Source: Octopus bimaculoides (Eukaryota). From it: a stretch of 64,000 bases of DNA. The stretch covers positions 13,947,354 to 14,011,353 of the forward strand of contig NC_068990.1 of assembly GCF_001194135.2 (NCBI RefSeq), given 5' to 3'. The notes beneath the pieces were generated by a model that worked only from the letters and a program-made list of their open reading frames with translations, had not been told where the DNA came from and made no database searches. Positions within the stretch are counted from its first letter, which is position 1. Every line of letters starts with the position of its first letter. A program made the position numbers and the translations under genes. This document shows, piece by piece, positions 63,725 to 64,000 of the stretch.

Positions 63725-64000
63725 TCATCATCATCATCGTTTAACGTCCGCTTTCCATGCTAGCATGGGTTGGACGATTTGACTGAGGACTGGTGAAACC
63801 GGATGGCTACACCAGGCTCCAATCTGATTTGGCAGAGTTTCTACAGCTGGGTGCCCTTCCTAACGCCAACCACTCCGAGAGTGTAGTGGGTGCTTTTACG
63901 TGTCACCCGCACGAAGGCCAGTCAGGCGGTACTGGCAACGGCCACTCTCAAAATGGTGTATTTTATGTGCCACCCGCACAAGAACCAGTCCAGGGGCACT
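63725..64000 (-). mobile_element. (GAT)n-tailed SINE-like family D (runs off the window)
   Basis: Same family as 38731-38890; a diverged forward copy lies at about 48085-48230. Confidence 0.85.

Overview
AT-rich, microsatellite- and SINE-dense eukaryotic scaffold with many N gaps. The repeat families and their density point to an octopus (coleoid cephalopod) genome; this is inference. One host gene is supported: the 3' part of a centromere protein I (CENP-I/Mis6) homologue on the minus strand. I reconstructed it as 12 GT-AG coding exons from 61374 down to 41831 whose phases all join in frame (1335 nt, 444 aa + stop); its 5' part is not seen and probably lies beyond 64 kb or in gaps. The rest is a transposable-element graveyard: several tRNA-derived SINE families, decayed DNA transposons (Chapaev3-like, piggyBac, pogo/Tigger, maT DD37D, other Tc1/mariner, Helitron), MITEs, and CR1-group, L1/Tx1, R4-type and Penelope-like retroelement fragments. 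Nearly all ORF-track entries are microsatellite or gap artefacts. The most interesting unannotated structures are a nested foldback element with head-to-head TTAGGG repeats in a CENP-I intron, two minimal hammerhead-ribozyme cores in Penelope-like repeats, a SINE-SINE hairpin in a probable CENP-I intron, a possible alternative CENP-I C-terminus, and a Tigger element rearranged into an internal inverted repeat. I found no convincing evidence for a wholly new multi-gene system. Family names come from recalled motifs, not database searches. Repeat boundaries are approximate unless termini are quoted.
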